Shown one piece after another: positions 1 through 7,910 of a stretch of 34,523 nt of DNA; position 1 is the stretch's first letter, and the number at the start of each line of letters is the position of its first letter. The position numbers and the translations under genes are program-made. The DNA comes from a virus. Taxonomy: Duplodnaviria; Caudoviricetes. The DNA is taken from IMG/VR virus record IMGVR_UViG_3300023293_000006, positions 1-34,523 of that record, one strand, 5' to 3'. Below the pieces are notes generated by a model that ran no database searches, was not told the origin of the DNA, and saw only the letters and a list, made by a program, of their open reading frames with translations.

Positions 1-127
1 CGGGCAGGAGCGGCGGGTCCAGCTCGACCAGCTCGCCGCGCAGCTTCTGGAATTTCTCGGGCGATACCTCTGTGCCGTCGTGTAAGCTGTAGCGGCACAT
101 GCTGCCGCCATGCGTCGGGGCGCTGAC
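1..127. repeat. Terminal direct repeat (copy 1); circular assembly overlap
   Basis: Bases 1-127 are identical to 34397-34523. The length matches a common assembler k-mer, and a gene reads intact through the junction. Confidence 0.95.
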
Positions 128-178
128 ATAGAGGGGCTCCCCCCCCCTGATGCGGTCCTTGATAAGATCGAGCTTCAT
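1..178 (-). CDS. Hypothetical protein (72 aa) spanning the circular junction, 5' part (continues 34396 down to 34356)
   Basis: ATG at 178 overlaps the upstream stop (ATGA). Manual translation gives MKLDLIKDRIRGGEPLYVSAPTHGG...SYKWKDKA*, whose TGA (34356-34358) overlaps the next ATG (34359). Confidence 0.75.
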   Translation of the reverse strand, partial: MKLDLIKDRIRGGEPLYVSAPTHGGSMCRYSLHDGTEVSPEKFQKLRGELVELDPPLLP

Positions 179-537
179 GCCTTCGGTGCCTTCTGCTGGA
201 ACTGTTCCCGGCGCAGCGTGACCGCGCCGCCTTCGCCAATGTCCGGCGCTTCCTCTGCAAAGCGCATCGCCGTGACGCGGGACCGGCTCAATATGATCGT
301 GAGATATGCCGCCAGGCGCTCCTCGGTGGTGTGCGTCTTGGTTGGCGCGAACTCCTCCACGATCCACCGCGCGACCCTGGGCTTGACCGGGATCGTCACC
401 GTGAAGTCAGAGGGCACGCTCGGCTTGGGTGCCAGCTCATCCTCGGCGCGGATCATGGCGTCCGTCAGGCTGATGCCCCGCTCTGCCTTGATCTCTTGCG
501 CCCTAACCAGGATTTTTTCGTCTGTATTGTCAGTCAC
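175..537 (-). CDS. Hypothetical protein, first gene of the leftward arm
   Basis: 120-aa ORF with a GTG start preceded by AAGGAG; translationally coupled to the next gene. Confidence 0.75.
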   Translation of the reverse strand: MTDNTDEKILVRAQEIKAERGISLTDAMIRAEDELAPKPSVPSDFTVTIPVKPRVARWIVEEFAPTKTHTTEERLAAYLTIILSRSRVTAMRFAEEAPDIGEGGAVTLRREQFQQKAPKA

Positions 538-658
538 TTGTTCACTCCTTGCTAAATATACCGCTTATAATTGCAAAATATCTATTGCAAAGGCAAGCGC
601 GGTCTGATTTAACCATTGTTGCAGGGCGTCGAGCCCGAGCGAAAACGGAGGTTCCCAG
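538..658. promoter_or_regulatory. Divergent promoter/control region
   Basis: AT-rich gap between the two divergent arms. It contains TATAAT (566-571), TTGCAA-N8-TTGCAA (571-590) and TTAACCAT (609-616). Confidence 0.7.
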
Positions 659-1513
659 ATGCAATTTGACCTGTTCGACCAAGGCAGCGACAGCCAGCCC
701 GGCGGGCGGCAAACTGATCTGGAGATGCTGATAGAGGAGAAACGCATGAACCCTTACGAACAGAAACAGGAAGCCCGGCGCGAGCGGTTGTTTGCAGCGG
801 CCGACCGGGCAGAGGCCCAGAGCAACGCGGCTTACAAGCGGGCCGACATGCGCGAGGAGGTTTCCGGTATCCCTTTCGGCCAGCCGATCTTGGTCGGCCA
901 CCACTCCGAGGGTCGGCACCGGGCAGCGATCCGGCGCGCCGATAACGCCATGCGGGCCAGCGTCGAGGCCGACAAGCGGGCCAAGGAATTGCGCGGCAAG
1001 GCGGCAGGCGTCGGCACCGGCGGGATCAGCTCCGACGATCCCGAGGCGATCCAGAAGCTCCAGGCCGAGATCGACGCGGCGCAAGAATACCAAGACGCCA
1101 TGAAAGCCGCAAACGTCAAGTGGCGCAAGGAAGGCAACAAGGCAGGTCGCCAAGCTGACGGCACCTGGGTTGAACCTCCCTGCGCGCCATACCAGCTTTC
1201 CAACAACAGCGCGAACATCAAGCGGATGGAGAAGCGGATAGCCCAGCTTCGCGCCGCCGAGGCTGCACGGATCGCGGCCGGTGGTGAGGAGAAGCGCACC
1301 GCCTACCAGGGCGTTTGCGAGGTGGTCGAGAACTTCGAGGAGAACCGGCTCCAGATCGTTTTCGACGGCAAGCCCAGCGCCGAGGTTCGGGCCGATCTGA
1401 AAGGCAACGGGTTTCGGTGGGCACCAAGTCAGGAAGCATGGCAACGGCAGCTCAACAATGGCGCGCGCTATGCGGCCACCAGGTTCCTGCGGTCTCAAGG
1501 TGTTGAGGTCTGA
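659..1513 (+). CDS. DUF3560 domain protein
   Basis: IPFGQPILVGHHSEGRHR signature; C-terminal FDGKP...LKGNGFRWAPSQEAWQR segment; GGAGG SD. Confidence 0.8.
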   Translation: MQFDLFDQGSDSQPGGRQTDLEMLIEEKRMNPYEQKQEARRERLFAAADRAEAQSNAAYKRADMREEVSGIPFGQPILVGHHSEGRHRAAIRRADNAMRASVEADKRAKELRGKAAGVGTGGISSDDPEAIQKLQAEIDAAQEYQDAMKAANVKWRKEGNKAGRQADGTWVEPPCAPYQLSNNSANIKRMEKRIAQLRAAEAARIAAGGEEKRTAYQGVCEVVENFEENRLQIVFDGKPSAEVRADLKGNGFRWAPSQEAWQRQLNNGARYAATRFLRSQGVEV

Positions 1514-1575
1514 CACATCGGTGAGGGGCGGCAAGCCCGCCCCCATCCCATGCGCCAGAAAGACAGGAGGACAGC

Positions 1576-1836
1576 ATGAAAATCGCAAACGGAATGTTGA
1601 TCGAGGGCCGCAATCGGTGCGGCGTCCAGATCACCGATGGCCCTTGGATCGCAAGCGTGCCCGAGGAGCTGATAAAGCTCCGCGCCAAAACCTCCCGCGG
1701 ATTTCCCGCCTGGGTGCGCGCGGCTTTCGAGGTCGAGAACAACAGCGACGGCCGGACTGATTACTTCGAGAACGACGTGATCCGGCTCATGCCTGGCGAC
1801 CCGTTCTATGACCAAGCCGAAGCGGCAATTTCTTAG
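1576..1836 (+). CDS. Hypothetical phage protein
   Basis: 86 aa, AGGAGG SD, protein-like composition. Confidence 0.75.
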   Translation: MKIANGMLIEGRNRCGVQITDGPWIASVPEELIKLRAKTSRGFPAWVRAAFEVENNSDGRTDYFENDVIRLMPGDPFYDQAEAAIS

Positions 1837-1845
1837 GAGATCGAG

Positions 1846-2106
1846 ATGCAATGTATCAAAACCGGGGCGCACATTTACATCGCCCAATATGGCGAGTTTG
1901 CGATCTGCGACGTGTTCGAGCTGAAAGGCGTGAACCTGTTTCGGATCGCCGGGACCAGCCGCGAGCCGATGCGCGACGTGATCCACTTCTACGTCGTTGA
2001 AGTGGCCCAATGGTTCGACCGCGAGGCCACCGACGGCCGCAGCTCCACCATGACCTCGGCCTGTGCTGAGAACTTTGGCTATGACGGAAAGGCGGTGCAG
2101 GCATGA
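1846..2106 (+). CDS. Hypothetical phage protein
   Basis: 86 aa, AGGAG SD, packed in the operon. Confidence 0.7.
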   Translation: MQCIKTGAHIYIAQYGEFAICDVFELKGVNLFRIAGTSREPMRDVIHFYVVEVAQWFDREATDGRSSTMTSACAENFGYDGKAVQA

Positions 2107-2231
2107 GCCGCAAGCCGACGATCTGGGAAGCCCTGGCCAGAAAGCTCGGCCGGGAACCCACGCACCGCGAGGCGTGCGACGATGTAAAGCGCATCCTTCG
2201 GGAAGGCGCAGAGGAAAGGGCAGGCGCATGA
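2103..2231 (+). CDS. Small hypothetical protein (42 aa, MSRKPTIWEALARKLGREPT...)
   Basis: Not in the ORF track; ATGA overlaps at both ends fill the gap exactly. Confidence 0.65.
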   Translation: MSRKPTIWEALARKLGREPTHREACDDVKRILREGAEERAGA

Positions 2232-2458
2232 GCCACGGCAACGAGATAACCGACGCACTGGCGGGCGGGACTATTCCACCACCCTATAAGGCGTCCAGCT
2301 TCAAGAACCAGCACGGAAAACACATCGTGCGGATGCAATTCAACAGCCCCTCGGAGCTGGAGAGCTTCTTCATTCACGAGCTGATCGGCTCCGACATGAT
2401 GGAAGGCAGCGCCTCGAAAGTGATCGGCACGACGCTGCTGATCTGGGACCGTAAATAA
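2228..2458 (+). CDS. Hypothetical protein (76 aa)
   Basis: 3' part of ORF 2063..2458; ATG at 2228 is coupled to the previous stop. Confidence 0.6.
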   Translation: MSHGNEITDALAGGTIPPPYKASSFKNQHGKHIVRMQFNSPSELESFFIHELIGSDMMEGSASKVIGTTLLIWDRK

Positions 2459-2478
2459 AACCACGAAAGGAAAGACCT

Positions 2479-2892
2479 GTGGACAACCTGTTTAAGAAAA
2501 TGACCGCGACCTGTGACGAGCTGGCCAATCTGATGGCAGATCGCGGGATCATCACCCCGTCGGCCGTAATCGAAGCGCGCAGCGGGCACCGCACCGCTCG
2601 CGTGACGCTCAACTTCGCCACCGCCAGCGGATCCTACGCTGACCAGTATGAGTTTCTGTCCGGCGACACCATCGAGGAGGCCGTGGAGAAGGCCGAGGCG
2701 TGGGTGATGGCCCAGCCGACGGCCGACGAGCGCGCGCTCCAGGATGCCCTGGAACTGACCGCCAAGGCGCTGGAGGCCAGCCGCAAGGCCGGGCTCGACA
2801 CCGGCGAGGGCGCGGCGTTCGTCGCCCAGCTCGAAGCAATGATGAAGCGCTTGAGCGAGAACGCGATCACCGACAAAAGCGACGCGAGCTGA
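2479..2892 (+). CDS. Hypothetical phage protein
   Basis: 137 aa, GTG start after AAGGA, helical composition. Confidence 0.75.
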   Translation: MDNLFKKMTATCDELANLMADRGIITPSAVIEARSGHRTARVTLNFATASGSYADQYEFLSGDTIEEAVEKAEAWVMAQPTADERALQDALELTAKALEASRKAGLDTGEGAAFVAQLEAMMKRLSENAITDKSDAS

Positions 2893-3143
2893 TGGCACGC
2901 GGAACAGCGAGCTATACCGGCGAGGAGGTGGAGGTGGCGTTCAGCGCCACCGGCCAGCTCACCGACTATGGCGTGCCAGGATCGCCGCGCTGGATCGAGT
3001 GGGAGGATATCGAGATCGAGGAGTTGACGATCCTCGGCCACAAGGTCGATCCGAAAATCCTGTCCGCAAAGCTGGTGGAAACGATCCGCGAGCTGGCCGA
3101 CGATCTCGAATTTGAACAGCAGGAGAACGACCATGAAAATTGA
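2892..3143 (+). CDS. Hypothetical acidic protein (83 aa)
   Basis: TGATG overlap; MARGTASYTGEEVEV... Confidence 0.7.
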   Translation: MARGTASYTGEEVEVAFSATGQLTDYGVPGSPRWIEWEDIEIEELTILGHKVDPKILSAKLVETIRELADDLEFEQQENDHEN

Positions 3144-3327
3144 AGTTGAGAAATACGACATGCACCGGATGATTCTGCTGCTTGACGCGGCAGACGACGC
3201 ACTAACCGCTGCCGCCAAAATTGAAAAGCGCCAGCAACAGAATAAGTCCATGCGTCAAATCACGGCGCAAGAACGGGCCAAGGCGACCCGGCTGCTGGTT
3301 GCTGAAATGATGGCGAAGTATTCATGA
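3133..3327 (+). CDS. Hypothetical protein (64 aa)
   Basis: AGGAG SD before ATG 3133. Confidence 0.65.
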   Translation: MKIEVEKYDMHRMILLLDAADDALTAAAKIEKRQQQNKSMRQITAQERAKATRLLVAEMMAKYS

Positions 3328-3373
3328 CAGGCCGCACGCGCCGGGGACCACACACCAACCGGAGACACCGACT

Positions 3374-3595
3374 ATGACTGATCGAGCAATCATCCCGAGC
3401 GTTAAGCTCGTCGCTTTTGTCCAGGACGGTGGCGGCACCACACCAGCCACGATCCTGATCGAAGGCAGCACGCCCCTGGGGGCACTCACGGCCATGACGA
3501 TGCGCGCCATTGCGAGCCAGCACCCACACCTGAGCGGCAAGCCTATCCTGTCGCTGCGCTACGACGTGCGGGCGCAGACGAGGGCGGCAGGGTGA
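3374..3595 (+). CDS. Hypothetical protein (73 aa)
   Basis: GGAG SD; coupled to the next gene. Confidence 0.6.
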   Translation: MTDRAIIPSVKLVAFVQDGGGTTPATILIEGSTPLGALTAMTMRAIASQHPHLSGKPILSLRYDVRAQTRAAG

Positions 3596-3813
3596 AGCAC
3601 TGCGCCTGGCATGAGTGCGGCCGGGCTTTCGAGCCCGCCGACCCCCGACAAGAGTTTTGCCGTCCCGACTGCCGCAAGGCACGGGGCGCATGGAAGGCCA
3701 GGCGCGGCGGTCCACTGGTGGACATGCTGCTGTCTGGAGACGTGGAGGCGCTGATGGAAGCGAAGCGCCGCATCAAAGAGGAGATCAAGGATGCAACTGC
3801 CAAAGCTGATTGA
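3592..3813 (+). CDS. Small Cys-rich (zinc-finger-like) protein
   Basis: C-x4-C...FC-x3-CR motif; GTGA overlap. Confidence 0.65.
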   Translation: MKHCAWHECGRAFEPADPRQEFCRPDCRKARGAWKARRGGPLVDMLLSGDVEALMEAKRRIKEEIKDATAKAD

Positions 3814-4780
3814 GAACATGGATTTTGCCACCTACCTGGGCGATCCGATGCCGGACCCAAGCCTGACCAGCTCGCTTGTGAAAGACCTGCTGGGCACCGC
3901 CCCGCGCAAGGTCTGGCAGAACACCGCCAGGCTCAACAAGGACGCCGAGAGCGAGGAGAAAACGATCTTCGATCTGGGCTCGGCCGCGCACCGGCTGTTC
4001 ACCGGCACCGGCGCTCCGATTGTCGAGATCGACGCGGCCGACTTCCGCTCCAAGGCGGCAAAAGAGGCGAAGGACGAAGCCTATGCCCAGGGCAAGACGC
4101 CGATCCTGGCGAAGAACATGCCGCGCGTGCGGAACATGGCAAAGGCCGCGCTCGACCAGGTGCGGGATAACCCCGAGATCGGGAACCTGTTTTCGGCCGA
4201 GAACCAAGCCCAGCTCCTGCGCGAAGCCACAATCCTGTGGCAAGAGGCGGGCGTGATGTGCCGGTGCCGCCCCGACTTCTACTCGCCCGAGGAGAACGTG
4301 GTGATCCACTACAAAACCACCGGCACCAATATCGCGCCGGTATCACTGGCCAAGTTTGCCGCCAGCTCGGGCTGGGACATGACGGCCGCGCACTATCACC
4401 AGGGCGCGAAGCTGCTGACCGGCAATGCGCCGCGCCAGTATTTCGTGGTGCAGGAGACGGCAGAGCCGCACCTCCTGCTGACGGCCGAGATCGACAGCAC
4501 GTTCCTAGAGACGGCGCTGATGCGCCGCGAGCGGGCGCTGATGATCTGGGGCCGGTGCCTGCGCGAGAACCGCTGGCCGGGCATGATCTCCAAGACGATC
4601 AAGCTGGAGTGCCCCGAATGGCATGAGCGCAACCTGATCGCGGAGAAAGACGCCGAGGAAGCTGCAAAAGCAGCAGGCACCGATCTCCTGGAGATGATGC
4701 GCACCTGGCAGGCACCCGAAGGTTGGCAACCGGCAGCGGTCCAGGGCTCGCGCCGCGACGAAAAGGACGTGATCGAATGA
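3791..4780 (+). CDS. RecE/exonuclease VIII-like PD-(D/E)xK nuclease (DUF3799-like)
   Basis: SLTSS..K, GSAAH and CRCRPD motifs, then HYKTT (normally D/ExK); adjacent to an annealase-like ATPase. Confidence 0.8.
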   Translation: MQLPKLIENMDFATYLGDPMPDPSLTSSLVKDLLGTAPRKVWQNTARLNKDAESEEKTIFDLGSAAHRLFTGTGAPIVEIDAADFRSKAAKEAKDEAYAQGKTPILAKNMPRVRNMAKAALDQVRDNPEIGNLFSAENQAQLLREATILWQEAGVMCRCRPDFYSPEENVVIHYKTTGTNIAPVSLAKFAASSGWDMTAAHYHQGAKLLTGNAPRQYFVVQETAEPHLLLTAEIDSTFLETALMRRERALMIWGRCLRENRWPGMISKTIKLECPEWHERNLIAEKDAEEAAKAAGTDLLEMMRTWQAPEGWQPAAVQGSRRDEKDVIE

Positions 4781-5667
4781 GCTTCACCTTCGCAACGGCC
4801 GAGCGCCGCAACACGCACATTCTGGTGGCCCTTGCGGGGGCCTCCGGTAGCGGCAAGACGTTCAGCGCCATGAACCTGGCAACGGGTATCTGTGGCGACA
4901 AGCCTTTCGCCGTGATCGACACCGAGGCAGGACGGGCGCTGCACTATGCCGATCAATTCAATTTCAAGCACGCCGACTTTGCCCCGCCATTTACGCCCGA
5001 GCGATACCTGGAGGCGGTGAAGGCGGCAGAGAAAGCCGGGTTCGAGGCCATCGTGATTGACAGCATGAGCCACGAATTTGACGGACAGGGCGGGATCATG
5101 GAAATGGCCGAGGCGTCCAACGTGAAAGGCCCCGGCGCATGGAAAGACCCGAAGATGCGCCACAAGAAGATGATGAACGCCTTTCTCCAGGTGCGCGCGC
5201 ATCTGATCTTCTGCCTTCGGGCCGAGGAGAAGATCGACATGAGCAAGAAGGATGATCGAGGGCGCGTGATCGTGGAGAACGCGGGCTGGTTCCCGATCCA
5301 GGAAAAGCGGTTCATGTATGAAATGACCGCGAGCTTCACGCTCAACCCCAGCTCGCCAGGCGTGGTTGATCTCACGTTGCCGCACAAGGTTCAGGATCAG
5401 CACCGCATGAGCTTCCTTCCAGGCCGTCACATCACGGCCGAGGCCGGGGCCAAGCTCGCAGCCTGGGCGCGCGGCGACACGATCACGACGCCCGACAAGG
5501 AGCTGTGGGACCGGGCTCGGCGTATCTCGCACGACGGGATCGAGAAGATCACGACGTTCTTCCAGAAGGTCGCCACCGAGGAGGAGCGCGCGGCTCTCCA
5601 ACCCATCAAACGGGAGCTATGGGAGACTGCCCAAAAAGCGGACAAGAACCGTGGCGAGCTGGGCTGA
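4777..5667 (+). CDS. sak4: Sak4-like AAA ATPase / single-strand annealing protein
   Basis: Walker A GASGSGKT, IDTE, Walker B IVIDSMSHE; follows the RecE-like nuclease with an ATGA overlap. Confidence 0.8.
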   Translation: MSFTFATAERRNTHILVALAGASGSGKTFSAMNLATGICGDKPFAVIDTEAGRALHYADQFNFKHADFAPPFTPERYLEAVKAAEKAGFEAIVIDSMSHEFDGQGGIMEMAEASNVKGPGAWKDPKMRHKKMMNAFLQVRAHLIFCLRAEEKIDMSKKDDRGRVIVENAGWFPIQEKRFMYEMTASFTLNPSSPGVVDLTLPHKVQDQHRMSFLPGRHITAEAGAKLAAWARGDTITTPDKELWDRARRISHDGIEKITTFFQKVATEEERAALQPIKRELWETAQKADKNRGELG

Positions 5668-5732
5668 TGCGATCCGCCAGATCGGCGGGCCGTCCATGAT
5701 TTACCACCCACCAAGCCACAAAGGAGAACCCC

Positions 5733-6020
5733 ATGGCTGACAAGACCCAGACCGAGAACCAGGACGACGACGGCGGTAACAGCTTCGCCGCAATCGACAT
5801 GACTAAACCCGTGTTCATCGTGTTCCACCAAACCGAGACGCGGAACAACATCGAAGTGTTCCAGGGACCGGACGCCGAAGCCAACGCCAAGGCGCGAGCC
5901 AGCCAGAAGGCGGTGCGCACGAAAGCAAAGGTCGCCGTACTCGGCCCCCAGCGGGCTGTCTACGAGCCGCCCGAGCCGTCGAAGGCGAAGGAAGTCCAGC
6001 TCGATTGGACGGCGCAATAA
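5733..6020 (+). CDS. Hypothetical protein (95 aa)
   Basis: AAGGAG SD. Confidence 0.7.
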   Translation: MADKTQTENQDDDGGNSFAAIDMTKPVFIVFHQTETRNNIEVFQGPDAEANAKARASQKAVRTKAKVAVLGPQRAVYEPPEPSKAKEVQLDWTAQ

Positions 6021-6027
6021 TAACCAG

Positions 6028-6052
6028 GCGGGCGCAAGTCACTTGCGCCCGC
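6028..6052. repeat. 25-bp perfect palindrome GCGGGCGCAAGT-C-ACTTGCGCCCGC (operator or hairpin)
   Basis: 12-bp arms around a 1-nt centre, intergenic, no U-tract. Confidence 0.75.
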
Positions 6053-6078
6053 TGTATTGACCGAGGAGAGGGGTAGTC

Positions 6079-6372
6079 ATGTCACGAGCGCCGATGGAGG
6101 CGAAAGCCTCAATGCCGATCCAGCTCGGCCTGTGTGACTGGTGCGGCGGCACTACGGCCGAGGGGCGCACCTACTGCGGCAAGGAGTGCCGCGTGGCCTA
6201 TAACAACCTTCTGGCCCGTCAGGGCAAGGCCGTGATGCAGATGCTCAAGGTCTGGAGAAAGCACCGGGGCGCGAGGGGATCACCCGGCGAAGGAATGATT
6301 AGCCAGGTCGCATCGCGTGTCGATCAGATGTTGATTGAAGATCGAGAACGCAAAGCGAAGCTGCGTCAGTGA
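6079..6372 (+). CDS. Cys-rich zinc-finger-like protein
   Basis: CDWC...YCGKECR; GAGG/GGAG SD; last rightward gene. Confidence 0.7.
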   Translation: MSRAPMEAKASMPIQLGLCDWCGGTTAEGRTYCGKECRVAYNNLLARQGKAVMQMLKVWRKHRGARGSPGEGMISQVASRVDQMLIEDRERKAKLRQ

Positions 6373-6689
6373 TCGTTCCGACTGGCAATCGCAGACAGGA
6401 GCGCATCAAGCCGAGCGTTGGTGTCCTTGGTAGACTGCCGATGCTCGTCGCGCATCTCGCGCATGTCGCTTGATAGCCTTAGCAAGTGCCCGTCGAGATC
6501 AGTTTTCTGCACCGCATCCTCGCGCACACGGCTGATCCTGGCGTGCAGCTCCCTGTTGCTACCGTCCACCTCGTCCTCCACCCGCCGGATCATCGAAACC
6601 AGACGCCAAAACGCGCCGATCAGGATCGTGCCCCAGCCAAGCGTCAACGTCACGGCGATGCCGATAGCCCATTTTAAGTCCTCACCCAT
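6366..6689 (-). CDS. Single-TM membrane protein with coiled coil, possibly lysis-associated
   Basis: N-terminal hydrophobic helix [22 protein letters not shown]; TGATG-coupled to the o-spanin. Confidence 0.65.
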   Translation of the reverse strand: MGEDLKWAIGIAVTLTLGWGTILIGAFWRLVSMIRRVEDEVDGSNRELHARISRVREDAVQKTDLDGHLLRLSSDMREMRDEHRQSTKDTNARLDALLSAIASRNDH

Positions 6690-6907
6690 CAACGCCCCCG
6701 GCACACTCTGATCTCATTTCGCACGACGCCATAGTGTCCGATCATCACAGACAGCGCCGATCCTTCCGGCAGAGCCTCCAGCTCGTCGGCTGCTTGGTCC
6801 TGCACCTCTTGCGGGTAGCTGTAGAGCGTGGGGCACGCATCAGAAATCGCCGTCGCGCATCCGCTCAACGACACCATCCCGATCAGTCCTAGTATTTGCC
6901 ACCGCAT
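6689..6907 (-). CDS. o-spanin (Rz1-like lipoprotein)
   Basis: Signal peptide with lipobox LSGC; overlaps the 3' end of the i-spanin in another frame. Confidence 0.75.
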   Translation of the reverse strand: MRWQILGLIGMVSLSGCATAISDACPTLYSYPQEVQDQAADELEALPEGSALSVMIGHYGVVRNEIRVCRGR

Positions 6908-7058
6908 CCCGCATCCTTTCCTTTACCTGGTCGCGTGCCTCGGCACGGTCCAGCCTTTCCGTGAGCCTTCCATTGCGCCGTCCGGTCAGCACCAGGGCAA
7001 CAATGCCCAGCGCTCCCAGGATCAGCGGCCAGAGCTTGCGCAGCCAGCCCCAGATCAC
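6840..7058 (-). CDS. i-spanin (Rz-like)
   Basis: GTG start overlapping the endolysin stop; N-terminal TM followed by a charged helix. Confidence 0.7.
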   Translation of the reverse strand: MIWGWLRKLWPLILGALGIVALVLTGRRNGRLTERLDRAEARDQVKERMRDAVANTRTDRDGVVERMRDGDF

Positions 7059-7900
7059 CGCAAGCCCCTTTCGTGATCGTCCACCCGAGCCTCCTCGATC
7101 CGATCCGACATGACCCGCTGCACCACTGTAGCGGCCAAGACCACGCCGATCAGGCCGAGGGCCAGCCAAGGAAGCCAATCGGCCAGCCCGCCAACGACAG
7201 GGATCGCCGCGATCTGTTCGTGCGCTTGGGTCGCGGCAGCGGCAACACCGGCGGCAACGCCGCTCTGTGCCTGGACCGCCTGGGCGTGGCGCTGCGTCTC
7301 GGCCGCGCGGATCGTCCGGCTTTCGGCCAAGTTCGAGCGCGGGAAGCTCTGCCATGCCTCGGCCGCACCACGCAGCACCGCATCCGCCAGGCGCTCCTGT
7401 TCCGTCTCCTCGTCGGTCGCGCGCGTGCCTTCCGTCGAACTTCCGAAGAAGGGCTCGATCAGGATCGCAGGAGCCCGGCCGGAGTGCAGAGAACCGCCGC
7501 CACGATCCGAGGAGGCGCGTGTCTTGATGCCGCGATCCCGCAACCCCAGTGCCACCACCATCTCGCGCTGGACGCTTTCCGCCAGTCTAAGGGACAACGC
7601 GGTGCCGCTCGACAAGGTTTCAGTGCCGGTTGCCTGGGGCGATGCCGCGCCGTTGAAGTGCAGCTCCACGCTCGCATCCGCGCGCCAGGCGTCCACCTCG
7701 GAATAAACGCGATCAATCTCGCGCGTGTAGCCCCCGCCGGGAGTGCGCATGAAGGTGCGAACCTGGATGCCGTATTCTCCGGCCAGACGCTCGATCCGGC
7801 GCGCAAGTCGTCCGTTCCACACGAACTCGCTTTCCCCGGTGTCTTGCCGAACCGCGCCCTGGCTGGCGCTGTTGTGCCCTACTACGACTGCAAGTTTCAT
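7055..7900 (-). CDS. Endolysin: N-acetylmuramoyl-L-alanine amidase (Amidase_3) with C-terminal hydrophobic segments
   Basis: Zn ligands and catalytic residue in VGH, E..WN, ELHFNG and ILIEPFF; C-terminal WLPWLALGLIGVVLAATVV. Confidence 0.85.
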   Translation of the reverse strand: MKLAVVVGHNSASQGAVRQDTGESEFVWNGRLARRIERLAGEYGIQVRTFMRTPGGGYTREIDRVYSEVDAWRADASVELHFNGAASPQATGTETLSSGTALSLRLAESVQREMVVALGLRDRGIKTRASSDRGGGSLHSGRAPAILIEPFFGSSTEGTRATDEETEQERLADAVLRGAAEAWQSFPRSNLAESRTIRAAETQRHAQAVQAQSGVAAGVAAAATQAHEQIAAIPVVGGLADWLPWLALGLIGVVLAATVVQRVMSDRIEEARVDDHERGLR

Positions 7901-7910
7901 GGCCTTCTCC

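Noticed and set aside
1-127. Biological terminal repeats of the virion DNA
   Set aside because: The 127-bp length and mid-gene position indicate an assembler overlap; the real genome ends cannot be inferred.
1525-1543. Terminator after the DUF3560 gene
   Set aside because: A GC hairpin is present but has no U-tract, so its function is unsupported.
6028-6052. Protelomerase target (telRL) of a linear plasmid-phage
   Set aside because: No protelomerase-like gene is present and the palindrome is short.
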